Positions 23,154 through 38,824 of a stretch of DNA of 64,000 bases are shown one piece after another; the stretch's first letter is position 1, and each line of letters begins with the position of its first letter. Origin of the DNA: Macrostomum lignano. Taxonomy: Eukaryota. The notes under the pieces were generated by a model that searched no databases, was not told the origin of the DNA, and saw only the letters and a list, made by a program, of their open reading frames with translations. The translations under genes and the position numbers were made by a program. The stretch covers positions 124,001-188,000 of the forward strand of contig NIVC01001427.1 of the NCBI GenBank assembly GCA_002269645.1, written 5' to 3'.

Positions 23154-25766
23154 TTGCTGAAATACTGCTGATTGTAGCATTTACATATATAAGGTACATA
23201 GAAAATCAATCAGCATATACAAAAATGGCAATTAGGTTTAAGCCCAAGCCAAAAATAACAAAACTTTGTCTTTACAATATACTTATTATGGGATACAAGG
23301 GCTATAATAATAATTACTTTATATAAATTCCTTTACAATAGACAGAGCTAATCATACTATAAGTCTCCAACACTATTATGTTGCAAATGCTTTTTAGATA
23401 TACTATGCATATTCTTTTAGGAATAATATCGAAAATATGATTAGAATGCATGGAAATCTCAAATCCAATTTGCAACAAAAATTATAAATTTTAAAGCTTT
23501 TAAAGCTTTGCCTCTTTTATGCATATATGTACTATTCAATGATATAATGCTAATTGTATGTTATATTAATATAAACCCCTAGACTAAATCATGACGTTTT
23601 TAGCATTTTTTAGTACACATACTTTACTTATTATATTGATATACTGATATATAGACCCAATCTTTATTAAGTTTTTAAAGATTATTTATTGTATAAGACA
23701 CCTTGTTTATCTAGACTTTCAGAATATGAAATATGAAACTTTCAGAATATTTAACTTATAATTTAGAAAATTTAAATTCAAATTGATGAAAGTGCCAAAC
23801 CATTAAATTTATGAATATATCAGAATCTACTTATTTCCTGCATTTATTTATCAAATGCAGGAATTAATCCAATTAATCCAATACCATTAGCTTTGATTCC
23901 CTCAGTGAGCCAATGACGTATGGGCTGTATGCCCAGAAAGGCTTAGACTATATGTCCAAATTCGTTTGAATTTGGACTTTAGGACTTTATCAGGACTTTA
24001 CCACTGATATTATTGATAGATATATGATCTATGTCTTAGAATCCAGTAATTTTGAAATAAACCGAAACATCTTCGCCTAAAATAGTAGTCGCTTTTTTAA
24101 AAACATTGATTTTTGTGTGTAACTTTTTGCGGAAATACACATTTTCACGGTAAGTTTTTTATTGTTCATGGGAAGTGTATATTTTTCTTTTGTTTGTTAA
24201 GGCTTGTGCAACGATCGATGTACACATTTAAAAAGTACACGATACCGTAAGAATTTAACACGCGCATATATTATGGGCAAATTATCCACCACTCAGTACC
24301 GTGAGAATAACCTTTAAAGTTTTAACTTATTGGCACGGTACGCTACAAAGATATATTATGCAGCAAGTGTTGCGCCACATTAAATTTTTAGAAAGATGCT
24401 TTTGATTTTTTAATAGACCTAGGGCAATGCGCATGCATGCAATGCAGGATCAGGATGCAATGCAAGTCCGCCTAAAAATTTAAGTGCCTAATAAATATTT
24501 GATAAGTTGCTTCAGTGTCTTTGTAGGACTAAAACTAAACGAAAGTGGAAGACTGAGGAATAGTATGGCTTAGTCTTAGGCCTAGCTATGTGGAGCTCTA
24601 TTATATCGATAAAGCCAAGGTCATGATGGACTTTTTTAATGGCTCTATATATTTATATTTTAAATAGTATCTAGACCTAGTGCTTGATAAGTTGATATAG
24701 TTAAAATAGATAGATTTTTTTATTTATTAAATTCCAAATCCTTTCAATATAGTCATAAAATATAGAATGATCCTAGATCTACTAAAATATGTCATTTAAA
24801 ATCACTTTTATTGGTTCTTCAACTTTGAATATATGCTTATACCATATCAATTTTGGTATTTATGGCTTTTCCTAATTTGCAAATTAGGAAAAGACTTGTA
24901 TATCCTTGTAAGCTCTGCAATATTCCTAGATCTAATAGTAGCAAAAGTGATGACTAGATTGATAATAGGTGGCTTTTCCTTAATTCATTTAATTGGAGCT
25001 GAGTTGTTTTATACAAAAATTAATAATACTCAGCAACATACATGCGCAACCTCCAAAATTTGGTCGGCCGTGCGACTTAGTTTTAACAAAAATGCGACGT
25101 AGTTTTCGGCCAAAAATGCGACTTACATGAAAAAACCTGAAAGCAAAATTAATGCAACTTTGGGTAAACGGCAGGAGTAACTATGACTGTCTTTATTAAG
25201 GCAAAATGCTTCGTCAGCTACTTAATACTACTTTGGTATTTATTTGGGTGGGCATTTTTGCAACTTACCTTGGTTGGCCGCCAAATCAGTCGTCTATATC
25301 GGCCAACTATTGTGCATGTATGGTTTTGACTCTTGTCATTCCTTATCGTATTTGTACCCCATGTGGCACTAGAACAGTACACTTGACACGGAGTGTTTTA
25401 GGCATGATTGTACAGTGTAAGGTTGCAAAAGTGGGGAGTGGCAGAGATACATATGTATATATAGCTGTATGAGTATGATGGCACAAGCTAAGGCTAAGTC
25501 AATGCATGCAGCGATAAAAGCAGTCTGTAAAGCCAAATAGTGAAAGTTAACCTTAACTTATAGCACCTTGGCAGCCTATGCTGTCTGCCTGCATCTGATA
25601 CGAGCATATAACTAAACTACCAAGGCAATTGGTTGTATTTACACTTACTTTCTGTACATGAATTGGTAAAGGTAAGGGCTTTTAAATGTTTTATTTATAT
25701 AGTAATACTCATAAATCAATTTTATTTTATCACCAAAATCATATACTCGACTTAATCTTTCACAGA

Positions 25767-27356
25767 ATGATGTACAGCCTTAGTTGTCTTTGCCTACTGA
25801 TTCTAAGTGGCATCCTAGCTATCAATGGTATTCTAGCTAAGAGTGAGTGCTCAATTGTTATAAATGAGTTAAATACTGATGAGCCTAATATTGGATCTCA
25901 AGAATTTTCAGAGTTCATTGAGCTGAAGAAAGTTTGTTCCACAACTGCAATGCTATTAGGATCAGTGCCAGTGAGACTCCATGATTTTCTTCTGATTGGA
26001 GTTCAAGAATATAGCGGCGATTTTAGACGACCTGTGGTTTCATTTTCTGCTGACTTCTATCGGTCCTCGGGCTTCAAAACGGACAGCAGTTTCTTTGTTA
26101 TTGCATCAAAAGGGAAGCAGGAAGCAGCAGATATGTTTTTTACCGATACATCTATTGGGTATCAGGGAAAAACTAGACATGGGCTGCCAAGTTCCGCTCC
26201 TAGTAGATCATCGCAGTCATCCATCATTGATTTTTTCAAGTCTGCTAGTAAGACAATTCCAACAGAACCAAATGCATTAAAGAATGGGAATGGTAAAAGT
26301 GCTATGGCCATTATTCTCTTGTATCAACGAGACTTTTCTAGATCAGAATCGGACAGTTCAAGTTCCACAACTGCCAGTAGCATTGGAAAACTGCGACTAG
26401 CTAAAATGCATGCAACACAAAGAAGACCTGTTTATGAAGATTAAAAATTATCATTGATAACTCATTAGCTGAAATTATTAGGAACAATAACAGGTGCACA
26501 TTTTTGAGTCCATTTATCGTAGGCTAAGAGACAAGCCCAACTACATCTTAAAGCCAGCAAGAGAATGGGATGAACTTGGTCATGAGGACTATTCAATAAA
26601 CCGGTGCCCTGAATCCAGCAGTGAGTTACGAAAGCCTTTGCTTTTTACAAGGTGGAAACTTGGACAGTTGACTCCAGGTAGATAAAATGACTGCTCAGGT
26701 GCTCATTGGATTTTAGAGGACAATATTGAAGCCATCATAAATACACCTTCAAGAGAAGCATGTACATTGGCAGACTCAGCATTAGCATCTGCTTCATCAG
26801 CAACAGAAAGAATCGAAATGCGACTAGCTCCTGCTCCAGCTCCATGTTCTGAAAGCTCACACCGTAGTGAATTGGCCAGGTCCTATGAATTTTCAGAGCA
26901 AATAGCAGCTAATCGAGATCATGCTGTTCAAACTGCTGCTGCAGAAACTTCTAATTTTTGCTCTGCTGCAAATGTACAGGAAAGAAGAGAGTTGTTGGAG
27001 AATGACCAGCAAACAAGCAAACTACAAGTGGAAATTATTAGGCAAGTAAATATTCAAAGACAATCAACGAAACGATCACTTTGCCAAAGTCCTATTGTTG
27101 ATTTAGATTCGAGCGACTCAAGGGGTTCAGGTGATGTTGAAATAGTACAAGTAAATACTGCAGAAGCAGGGCCATCGCAAAGAAAAATACCATGCATAAG
27201 CACATCTGCAGACGCATGTCTAGCCACTTCAGCATCAAAGCCCTCGTCTTCCTCTATGATGGGCGAAAATATTGAAGTTTTCCCTAAAAAGGACTGGGAG
27301 GATACATCTGGTTTTCGAGAGGAGTGGTTACATTCTTTGGAGATGCACCAGTCACA
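25767..27356 (+). pseudogene. Signal peptide + lamin-tail-domain-like module and linker, disrupted; apparently the N-terminal part of the hAT transposase transcript
   Basis: TTTCACAG acceptor 1 nt before ATG 25767; hydrophobic leader SLSCLCLLILSGILAINGILA; IVINELNTD...EFIELK motif; C-terminal DYSINRC...TPGR*NDC with a single in-frame TAA at 26683-26685; apparent frameshifts near 26442 and 26495; GTAAGT donor at 27357. Confidence 0.6.
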
Positions 27357-27487
27357 GTAAGTAAATGGAAACTGATGAACTGTAAATTAATGTATAGTGT
27401 ATTGTGTATTGCACTTATTAGCATATTGCTTTTAGATACTCACAAATAGTCCAAATCCCAAAATATTCTCTAATTTGACCATTGCAG

Positions 27488-29875
27488 ATCATTTTCAAGA
27501 AAATTTGTGTCACAAGAAATGAAGACATGGTTTCAATATGTTCAAAACACCAAAGATCTATCAAGATCTGGAATACAATGTCGGATCTGCAGAAAATTTT
27601 TGAATGCACATAAGAAAAAGGAGACAAATCTAGAGAGCCAACGTAAGTTAACTTTTGCAACAGAACAAGGCTACATTCCCAAAGGTCATGCAAAAGATAG
27701 CGTACGAAGAAAACTACAGGAACATTCATCAAATACACTTCACAGTGACGCCATAAAGTGGATGAAGGAAAAACATACTTCAGTTCTTGCAAAGCAACTC
27801 AAACAGATGAATGAGGCCGCTAGACTAGCTAAAACTAAACGAGATGAAATAACAGCCCGAGTTTTGACAACAGTTTTTTCGCCGAAGTCAAATCTAATAT
27901 TCCATTCAGTGCTCATCCAAATATGATTGATTTACAAGTAAAAAATGGGTTGGATATGGGGAGCCATCATAAGCATCGCAAAAGTGCCGCAGCAATGGTG
28001 GAATCAATCAGTAATACAATGCATCGGACATTTGTGAATTACATTAAAAGTGCTGACAACCTTCCGATTTCTATTGTACTAGATACAACGTCTGATATTC
28101 ATTCAAACAGCTACGTCATGATATACTTCAGAGTTCTTGAAAACAGCCAACCTTTGATGTTTTTTTATCGGTTTAAACGTCTGACTGAAGTAGAGACTGG
28201 ACGAAGCATTTATGAACTTCTCATCCGTTTATTTTCGGATGACAAGCTAGAAGATGAAATCAAACGAAGGCTATGGGGGGTGACAACTGATGGTGCATCC
28301 GTAATGACAGGAAGTCGAGTGGGATTAATAAGTCAACTGAGGCCTTGGGCTAGCAAACAATTTTTTCAGCACCATTGTGCAGCGCATAAGTTAGAACTTT
28401 CAATCTATCATGCCTTTGAAATCTTCCCATTTATGCAACATCTCGATAAGAATATAAATTCTCTACACAAATTTTATATGAGCCACGCTGTTAAACGTAA
28501 GGCATCTTTGGCACAAACTTCGGAAGCACTCAACTTGGTTTTCTATGAATTAAAAAGAATATATCGTATCAGGTGGGTTGCATCGGAAGTGTCTGCTCTT
28601 GATGTGATTCGAAAGTCATACTACTTGCTTCTGACAAATTTAGAAAATATCAAATCACCTTCCTCAGGCTTTGATGACGAAAGTAAAGCAACTGCCTCTG
28701 GATTATTGAAAACATTGCAAAATGTCCGGTATTATTCATTACATCTATTTCTCATGGACATTCTAAAATTACTGGAATTTGAGTCCTTGCAGTTTCAAAG
28801 AGCCAAGGGTACATTTATTGGCTTGCAAGAACGCCACACTAACCTTATCCATTCACTAGAAACCTTAAAAACAAACAATGGTCCTCGCATTGTGGACTTT
28901 TTGGCTTCCTGCAAGTGTCGTCGAGTTTTGGGAACTGCAGATGGATATCCGCAGCTGGAATACCATTCAGGATGTCACACAAGAGACCTATCTTATTCTA
29001 ACTTTGCTTGTCCTTCCGGCCCTGGAAGCAGCGATCCAACAGAGAGGTTTGAGTTGAAGCAACCAGGTTCTGCTGCAGACAGATCTCTAAGAAATAGATT
29101 ATTTGATGCTAGTGGACGTGGCAGTGTTGTTGACATGGGAGCTTATCCAGCACTGGATGAGATTCGCAGTCGAATCATTGATAGCATAATTGATCAGCTG
29201 CGTAATTATTTTCCTGAGGATGACTACTCAATATTTAATGTGCTCAACCCAGTGTTATTGCCTAATGCTGAAACATTACATACTGTCTTTACATACAGTT
29301 CGAGAATCATACCTCTTGCTAGACGGTTTGGAATGGAAGATGACAGCTCTGAATCTGAAACAGAGGACCATCTTTCTGATTCAGACTCTAGAGATGCAGA
29401 TGCTTCAGAACGCGCTACAGAAAGGACAATCTCTGGTCAGTTCGGTCTACTCCTAAAAAGTTTGATCACTTCGCATAGTGTTGACTTCTGTGCCTACAAA
29501 GGCAAAGGTCCGGTGAAATTTTGGAGTCACTTTCTAGAGACAAGAACTGTTGAATGGCTGCCCAGAATAAAGAATCTAATTATGGTTGTGTTAACTTTGC
29601 CAATATCATCAGCTGAGGCTAAAAGAGGGTTTTCTATCTATAAGCACATTGCCTATGACAGGAGAACACGCTTGGCACCAAAAACATTGGAGCATCTACT
29701 ACGGATTCGAATAAATGGGCCTCCGCTGATGAAATTTAAGCCGGATATTTATGTCAATGATTGGCTGAAAAAACACTGGCGTTCTGATGCTCCTGGAGGT
29801 CAACGGCAAAAAGAATCCAACGTAGACGAGGAAAATAAAGATTCTGATTCTGATTTGCTAAGTGGACTATTTTAA
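27488..29875 (+). mobile_element. hAT-superfamily transposase (ZNF862/KIAA1586-like), inactivated
   Basis: TTF-type zinc finger (WFQYV...CRIC...EH...H); one-base frameshift in the T6 run near 27875; catalytic-type motifs SIVLDTTSD, TTDGASVMTG, HCAAHKLEL, RWVAS; hATC region LPISSAEAKRGFS with K where the catalytic E is expected. Confidence 0.88.
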
Positions 29876-30224
29876 AAGTTTTTTATCAGTTTTAATCTGC
29901 TACAATTTTAATCAATTATTACAATGGTACATGCATAATCATTAAGACTACAGTTCTTCTAAGTTCATATATAAGACCGTTAGAATCTTGCAGTTTTAAT
30001 TTGCTAATTAAATATTATTAAAAGTATGATTTGCAATTGTAATAGGGCTGAAAAATTACTGCTTATAAGTTATTCTATCCCTATTTCTATTCCTTAGCCA
30101 TTTCTGGCTTCGTAATTCTTAATTTTTCAAATTGATGCGTTAATGCACACGTAGCCTACACCCTAGTAAGGGATACATTAAATTCATCCTAAACTAATCC
30201 CAACCTAATAATCCTAAAGATGCT

Positions 30225-30778
30225 CTGCGACTTAACTCAGTCCTGCTGCGACTTACCTCGGCCCTGCTGCGACTTACTCGGTCCTGCTGCGACTTAGCTC
30301 GCCCTCGGTGCAACTTAGCTCTCGCTCGGTGCGACTTAGCTCGCCCTCGGTGCGACTTAGCTTGGTCCTGCTGCGACTTAGTGCGACTTAGCTCTCGCTC
30401 GGTGCGACTTAGTTCGCCCTCGGTGCGACTTAGCTCGGTCCTGCTGCGACTTAGCTCGCCCTCGGTGCGACTTAGCTCGGTCCTGCTGCAACTTAGCTCG
30501 CCCTCGGTGCGACTTAGCTCGCCCTCGGTGCGACTTAGCTCGGTCCTGCTGCAACTTAGCTCGCCCTCGGTGCGACTTAGCTTGGTCCTGCTGCGACTTA
30601 GTGCGACTTAGCTCTCGCTCGGTGCGACTTATTTTGCCCTCGGTGCGACTTAGCTCGCCCTTAGTGCGACTTAGCTCTCGCTCGGTGCGACTTAGTTCGC
30701 CCTCGATGCGACTTAGCTCGGTCCTGCTGCGACTTAGCTTGCCCTCGGTGCGACTTAGCTCGCCCTCGGTGTGACTTA
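30225..30778 (+). repeat. 21-bp GCGACTTAG-core array (two unit types), possible subterminal repeats
   Basis: Units GCGACTTAGCTCGCCCTCGGT and GCGACTTAGCTCGGTCCTGCT; the GCGACTTA core also occurs at 25070-25125, upstream of the transposase. Confidence 0.9.
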
Positions 30779-30959
30779 CCTTGTCTTCAGTGCTGCAACT
30801 TACAGCACTTACAACTCTTTTTGTGTTTTTCTCTTTCTCTTTGCTCCCTTTTTCTCGTTTTTTCCTTTTCCTTTCCCCTTTTTCGTCTTTTGTTTTTCGT
30901 TTTTTTTGGCGGTTAATCAATTTTGCGACTTACTTGGTTGGCCGCCAAATCGGAACATT

Positions 30960-31601
30960 CTCAGCAACATTCAAAAGTTCCACCCACCAAGCAAGATAAA
31001 AATTTTCTCACTTATTGCAACAAATTCTCACTCACAATTCAACCCTAGATTACGCAACTAAGCTGCAACAAAGAAAGGAAAGTTGACTATATCAATAACT
31101 TGTAGCCTAATAAATGTCAGTTGCACAAAATCATAAAAAATTTTAATGCAATATTTAGTTAGAATTGCAATGCTTAATAATGCATGTGGGATCCCCTTGC
31201 ATGCAAAAGTGCGCAATTCTGCAGTGTATCCCCAGGATGAGGCAGTGCAGAAAGTCCTAGAGAAGCTGCTACCAAGCATTTTCAATGGTATGACATAGCT
31301 CCGCAACATTCTGTGGTGGATTCTTTTTTCAAATACTGCATTTTAGAAAGTTCCAGACATGCTCGATGGGATTCATGTCTGGGGACTGGGAAGGCCAGTG
31401 CAGAGTGCGCAGCTGTAACTATTCTTTCAGTTGACTAACAGCATTGGCTCGGTGTGGTGGTGCCTTGTCCTCTTGGACCATTAAGCAGACCCAAGCCACC
31501 CCCAAGTGGCAATAAGATTTGTTTGTGTCGTAAGTTGCGTCACTTGCAATGAGTAAAAAATCATCTAACTTAGTGGGATGGAACTTTTGACTGTTGCTGA
31601 G
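30960..31601. mobile_element. MITE-like element with about 60-bp imperfect terminal inverted repeats
   Basis: 30960-31020 CTCAGCAACATTCAAAAGTTCCACCCACCAAG... is the inverted match of 31544-31601 (reverse complement CTCAGCAACAGTCAAAAGTTCCATCCCACTAAG...). No clean TSD seen. Confidence 0.7.
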
Positions 31602-31984
31602 TATATATGGTTGAAGCCTATAATATTCTATTTATAATTATTTGGTATAATAATCCAAATGTAATGACTTTTTAATAATATTATATAGGATACAAAATGG
31701 TACTTTTTGAGTCATTTCTTCAAATTTAATTAAAAAGTTTTACCAATCTTTTTTATCTTGAAAACTCTTATTAATGTATTTTTACCAGATTGTAATAATA
31801 ATATTTTTATATTAAAGTTGTATATAAGTCATAAAAAAATTATATTGTAATCATTTAAATAGGACAATTTAATTTTAAAAGAATTGCTAATAGAGTTTGT
31901 TTATTATTATAGCTTTTAGCAATATGAACTATACTATAACTGATAGTGATATTATTTCTATATTAACTATACCAACTTTAGTGT

Positions 31985-32220
31985 TAGATCATACTATACC
32001 ATATGGTACTAAGTCATACCATATAGTGCCAGATCATGTTATATAATAATAATTTGGTCCCAAATAATAAGTTAGTCTAGATTGTGCCATATATTGCCAG
32101 ATCAATACTATATAGTACTAGATCATACCATATGGTGCTAGATCATACTATATTGCAAGATCATATTATATAGTGCTAGATCTGCAAATCATACCATATG
32201 ATGCCAGATCATGCTATATA
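31985..32220 (+). repeat. Degenerate 20-bp repeat (AGATCATACCATATGGTGCC); related block at 33265-33430
   Basis: GATCAT-CCATAT-GTGC recurs with many transition differences. Confidence 0.7.
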
Positions 32221-34250
32221 GTGTATAGCAGTGTATAGTTATAGGTCTATATTATTATTGCTTTGTTAATAGAGATTCTCACTAAGTAACCTCTGCTGCC
32301 ATAGAAAATAAAATAAACAAAATATGAATTTGCACTTTGTAAACACTTTGTAAACTTTAACATTGACATTAAAAAGCATATCAACAAACTAATTTATTAG
32401 TCACTTATAGTCATAATGAATAATATTAGGCCTATTTTATATTCAATCATATCTACCTCAGGATTACTAGGAAATATTGATGGTAGTTAGTCCATAGAAA
32501 ATTCATTATAGGTGCTTCCCATTGTTGATATATAGATATCACACTTTCTATCTTTATTTTGTTATTTGCATTGGTAGATGATAGTTCTAGATAGCTATAT
32601 AGAATTGTAGACATTTGCTTTTTATGTGAGCTCATGTCAATTTAGGCTTGATCCAATTGGTCTTTGTACTAGCAAACTACTATTGCTAATATGTATAGTA
32701 GTGATTAGAATTGTTAGCTATCAGTCTTGAAAAACTGTCTCTGGTATATATGCCTATTGGCTACATTTGGTACAAGATGCTTGATATTAGTTTCTTTAGT
32801 AATATAAGATAAAACATTTTACAACCTTATTGTCTATGGCTCTCAGGGCAATAGGCAACATATGACTTGTATATTAATACAACATAATAGTATTGTATAG
32901 ATTATTTTATAGATAGATCTATATAGTCTTGGGCTCCATATATACCTTGCAAAGTCCAATCTTGCTATTCTTGGATGTTCTTTTGGTGTAAACTAGCACC
33001 TCATCACTTCCAATGATCACTAGTTTAAGCTATAATAGATTACAATGTTGTGTGGCAGATGTTTGGCAGACAGCCTCATGGATACATTGATGCACTGGCA
33101 GGTTCTTGAACATGCTTAGATGCAACCTAGGGATTCACCTGGCTATTTCTATTGGCAACATACCCATGTAAGTTGCTATTGGACAGAATAGTAGTCATGT
33201 GACTGCTCTCAGCCAATAGTAACTTTCACATGTGTGTGTTAAAATCAGATCAGAAATCAGAATCTAGATCATGCCATATGGTGCCAGATTATGGCATATG
33301 GTGTCAGATCTTGCTATATGATACTAGATCATACCATAGTGCTATATCATGCCATATGTTGCTAAATAATAATAATAATATAGTACAAAATAATACTATA
33401 TAGTGCTAAAATCCAGATCATGTCATATGGCTTGAAATTATAGTATAGGAGATAGCCCTATAAGTTGCTGTGAAAACTTGCTAACATTAGTTAGATTTCT
33501 CAGATAGGACAATTAGCTCTATAACAGCTGGTGGAATCAGTAGGATTAATTTTAAGGGTAGAAGCAAAACACACTATAACAAAATGAATACATTTATATA
33601 TATTATATTTTGGCCAAAAAATAGAACAGCTTAAAACAAAAATGATTAATTACCATTTATTGGCATTTAACATTTGTAGAAATAATATCCTATATAATAA
33701 AAATGGTTTATCCTTATATAAATATTCCAAATGGTTTTGATAGGTAAAAAATATAAATAAAGTTGGCTAAATATAATATAATATTATTCAGATAAAATAT
33801 ATCAGAAGCAATTATTTTATCAAGTATACCTACTTGTGCCTACCTTTGATTTGCACAAGCACCAGTTGATTTTGAAGTATGGATTCTACTATTGTGGCAC
33901 ACAAACAATTTCATAATATTTAAGCAAGGGTTAAAAGAAACTTTAGGAATTTGGCATTGAGATTTAGCAATTATATGAGTTTCTTTAATTTTAAGATTAA
34001 AAGATTAAAGTCTGGTTGTTATCATATAATCATGTAAAAATAAAGTCTATTCTAATATGCTAAGTATGCTATAAAAGAAATTCTAAACTGCTAGTCTAAT
34101 GAACATCTGTGCCTATCAAACAGGCAAACCTGTTTGTCTAAAGTGTGATCCATTTTTTTTAATTTCAAACATTGAAGCAAACACGTTTGGCTATTTAAAC
34201 TGATTAACTTAACAACAAAAATCCTCAGCGCTGCAAGTAGAACCGCCAGA

Positions 34251-34817
34251 ATGTCAGACAATCAGCGGCCAGTCATGGTGTCGCCCTTCTTGAACTTTGA
34301 CCCAGCCCTCATCAATGTCAACCAAGGCAATGAGCAGCAGTACATCTTTGCTGAGGGCGGCCAGGGCCGCGGCCGCTTCGAGCGGGCCTTCTCCGCCATC
34401 GGCGGCTGCGTCCTTGGCGGCGTCTCCGTTGGCGGAGCGCGCGGCCTGTACTCCGGCCTGACGGACGCCCAGATGAGCAGCTTGAGCAGCAGCACGCTGC
34501 GGCGCAGCCACCTGCTCAACCACATGGTCCGCAGCGGCGGCTCCCTGGCCCAGACGGCCGGCTGCATCGGCCTGTTCTACGGCATCTACGACTTCACTTT
34601 GTCGAAGGCGCGCGGCGATGTTGACGACAATGCGAACACCATGGCTGCCTCAGTGCTCACTGGGCTCACCTACAAGCTGCCCGGCCTGCTTAGCGGCGAC
34701 AGGCGTGCCGGCCTGATGGGTCTGGCCAGGGGCGGCGCCGCCGGTCTCGTGGTTGGCGCCTCCCTGGTGGCGCTCACCACTGGCGAGGGCGCCAGGCGCC
34801 TGCTTGGCGGAGACTGA
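34251..34817 (+). CDS. TIMM23: Mitochondrial inner membrane translocase subunit Tim23
   Basis: SPFLNFDP, RGRFERAFSAIGGC, LLNHMVRSG, KARGDVDDNANTMAA and LARGG match recalled TIM23 family motifs; single coding exon, 188 aa. Confidence 0.93.
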   Translation: MSDNQRPVMVSPFLNFDPALINVNQGNEQQYIFAEGGQGRGRFERAFSAIGGCVLGGVSVGGARGLYSGLTDAQMSSLSSSTLRRSHLLNHMVRSGGSLAQTAGCIGLFYGIYDFTLSKARGDVDDNANTMAASVLTGLTYKLPGLLSGDRRAGLMGLARGGAAGLVVGASLVALTTGEGARRLLGGD

Positions 34818-35442
34818 TTGAATAGCCGTAGCTTCGGGATTGTTATATTTGAGATCAACAAAAGTCTAGTTTTAGGCCAGCCACTTGACCCAGAAGTTCT
34901 TTTTAGTAACAAGGACTATCAGTATATATTGTTGGATCTGACGGGTTTTGCAGCAAATTCCGTGAATTCGCTTTTATCATCTCAATATGCAGCCAGTGCG
35001 GCCGTTTGAGCTTTAAATTGGCTTTGTTTAAGCTAGCTGTAGCCTTTTATATTGCTCCTGCTCAAGTATGTGCCCACCTATTGATTGAGTTCAGACTAGC
35101 GTATGCGACAACATCTACTAAAGTACTTTTGATTAGTAAACTACAGCTCGTGAACAACTGGGCTGTCATGCAATGCAGTGGACAGGTTATGCATGCTTGC
35201 TTCACAGACAGGTGCGTCCAAGTCATCTGTGAATTCCTTCAAATGCAACTTAATATATTACTATTATTGCAAATCGCAGAACTGAGTCTGAGATTAACTG
35301 TATTTTAATCGCTTCAGTTCGCTTTGGTCTTGCATTGCTATTTTTTATGAAAGTTTCAGTAGCAAAACTGATTTACCAAACTGAAGTTTACAGACAAAGG
35401 CATACTTTTAATTTCTTAAATTGCTTGTATAGTTTATACATG

Positions 35443-35652
35443 CACGAGTAGCCTAGTAAGGGGTTGTAGCCTGAAAAGTCGGGAGTTCGATTCTTGACCC
35501 ACTGGGAACAATTTGTGTCCTTGAGCAAGATACTCTGCATTCCTTCAGTTCAGTAAAATGGGTGCCAGCATTAGCTGGGTTAATTGGGGTGTGTGAGGCG
35601 ACCCCCCAGTCCTTGGACTGAACAGCCGTACGCAGCCATCAAAACAAATAAC
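35443..35652 (+). mobile_element. tRNA-derived SINE with conserved central domain (V-/CORE-SINE-like)
   Basis: A-box-like TAGCCTAGTAA (35449), B-box-like GAGTTCGATTC (35483), then TGTGTCCTTGAGCAAGATACT...GTAAAATGGGT resembling recalled V-SINE/MIR cores; A-rich end. Confidence 0.65.
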
Positions 35653-36190
35653 TTCTAGGTTCAATAACGTGCAAACACTTTCTTTTATTGTTGCTTCTAA
35701 AAGAAATGGCAGAAAACAAGCAAATTCGAAAACCAAAGAAAGCGCATAAGAGGATGCAAGTTAACAATAAGTGCTGAACAGAATCCAATAAAAAAATTGG
35801 TACCTCGACGAAATTGGGTTCTACAAAAAGTTTACCAAAACTCCTTGCGAAAATTTCAATCCGAAGTTTATCTCGAAACGGTAGACTTTGGAAAATCAGT
35901 TTCTGATTTATGCGGCTTAAAGATGAAAAAATGTTCTTTCCTGAGGTTACGTAAAACCAACCTTAGAGCTATGCACTTTTAAATTGTGCTATTATAGTGC
36001 GCTTACAGTACAGATGGAAATTTATTGAAACTGCTTCGTTTAGAAGGAGCCGGCCTTCTTATAATTAAAATTTTATAGATCCGGCAGAAGATTTAGTACA
36101 GAAGATTTACAAAACAGAACACTTGAACTTCTTGGCGAATTCGAAGCCTCTCCATCAAGTTTCTAGTCAAGTCGAACTTCCGCTTAAAAG

Positions 36191-38824
<2,634 letters not shown>

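Noticed and set aside
32453-32635. Short ORF with faint resemblance to a decayed retroelement
   Set aside because: Too degenerate to support a call.
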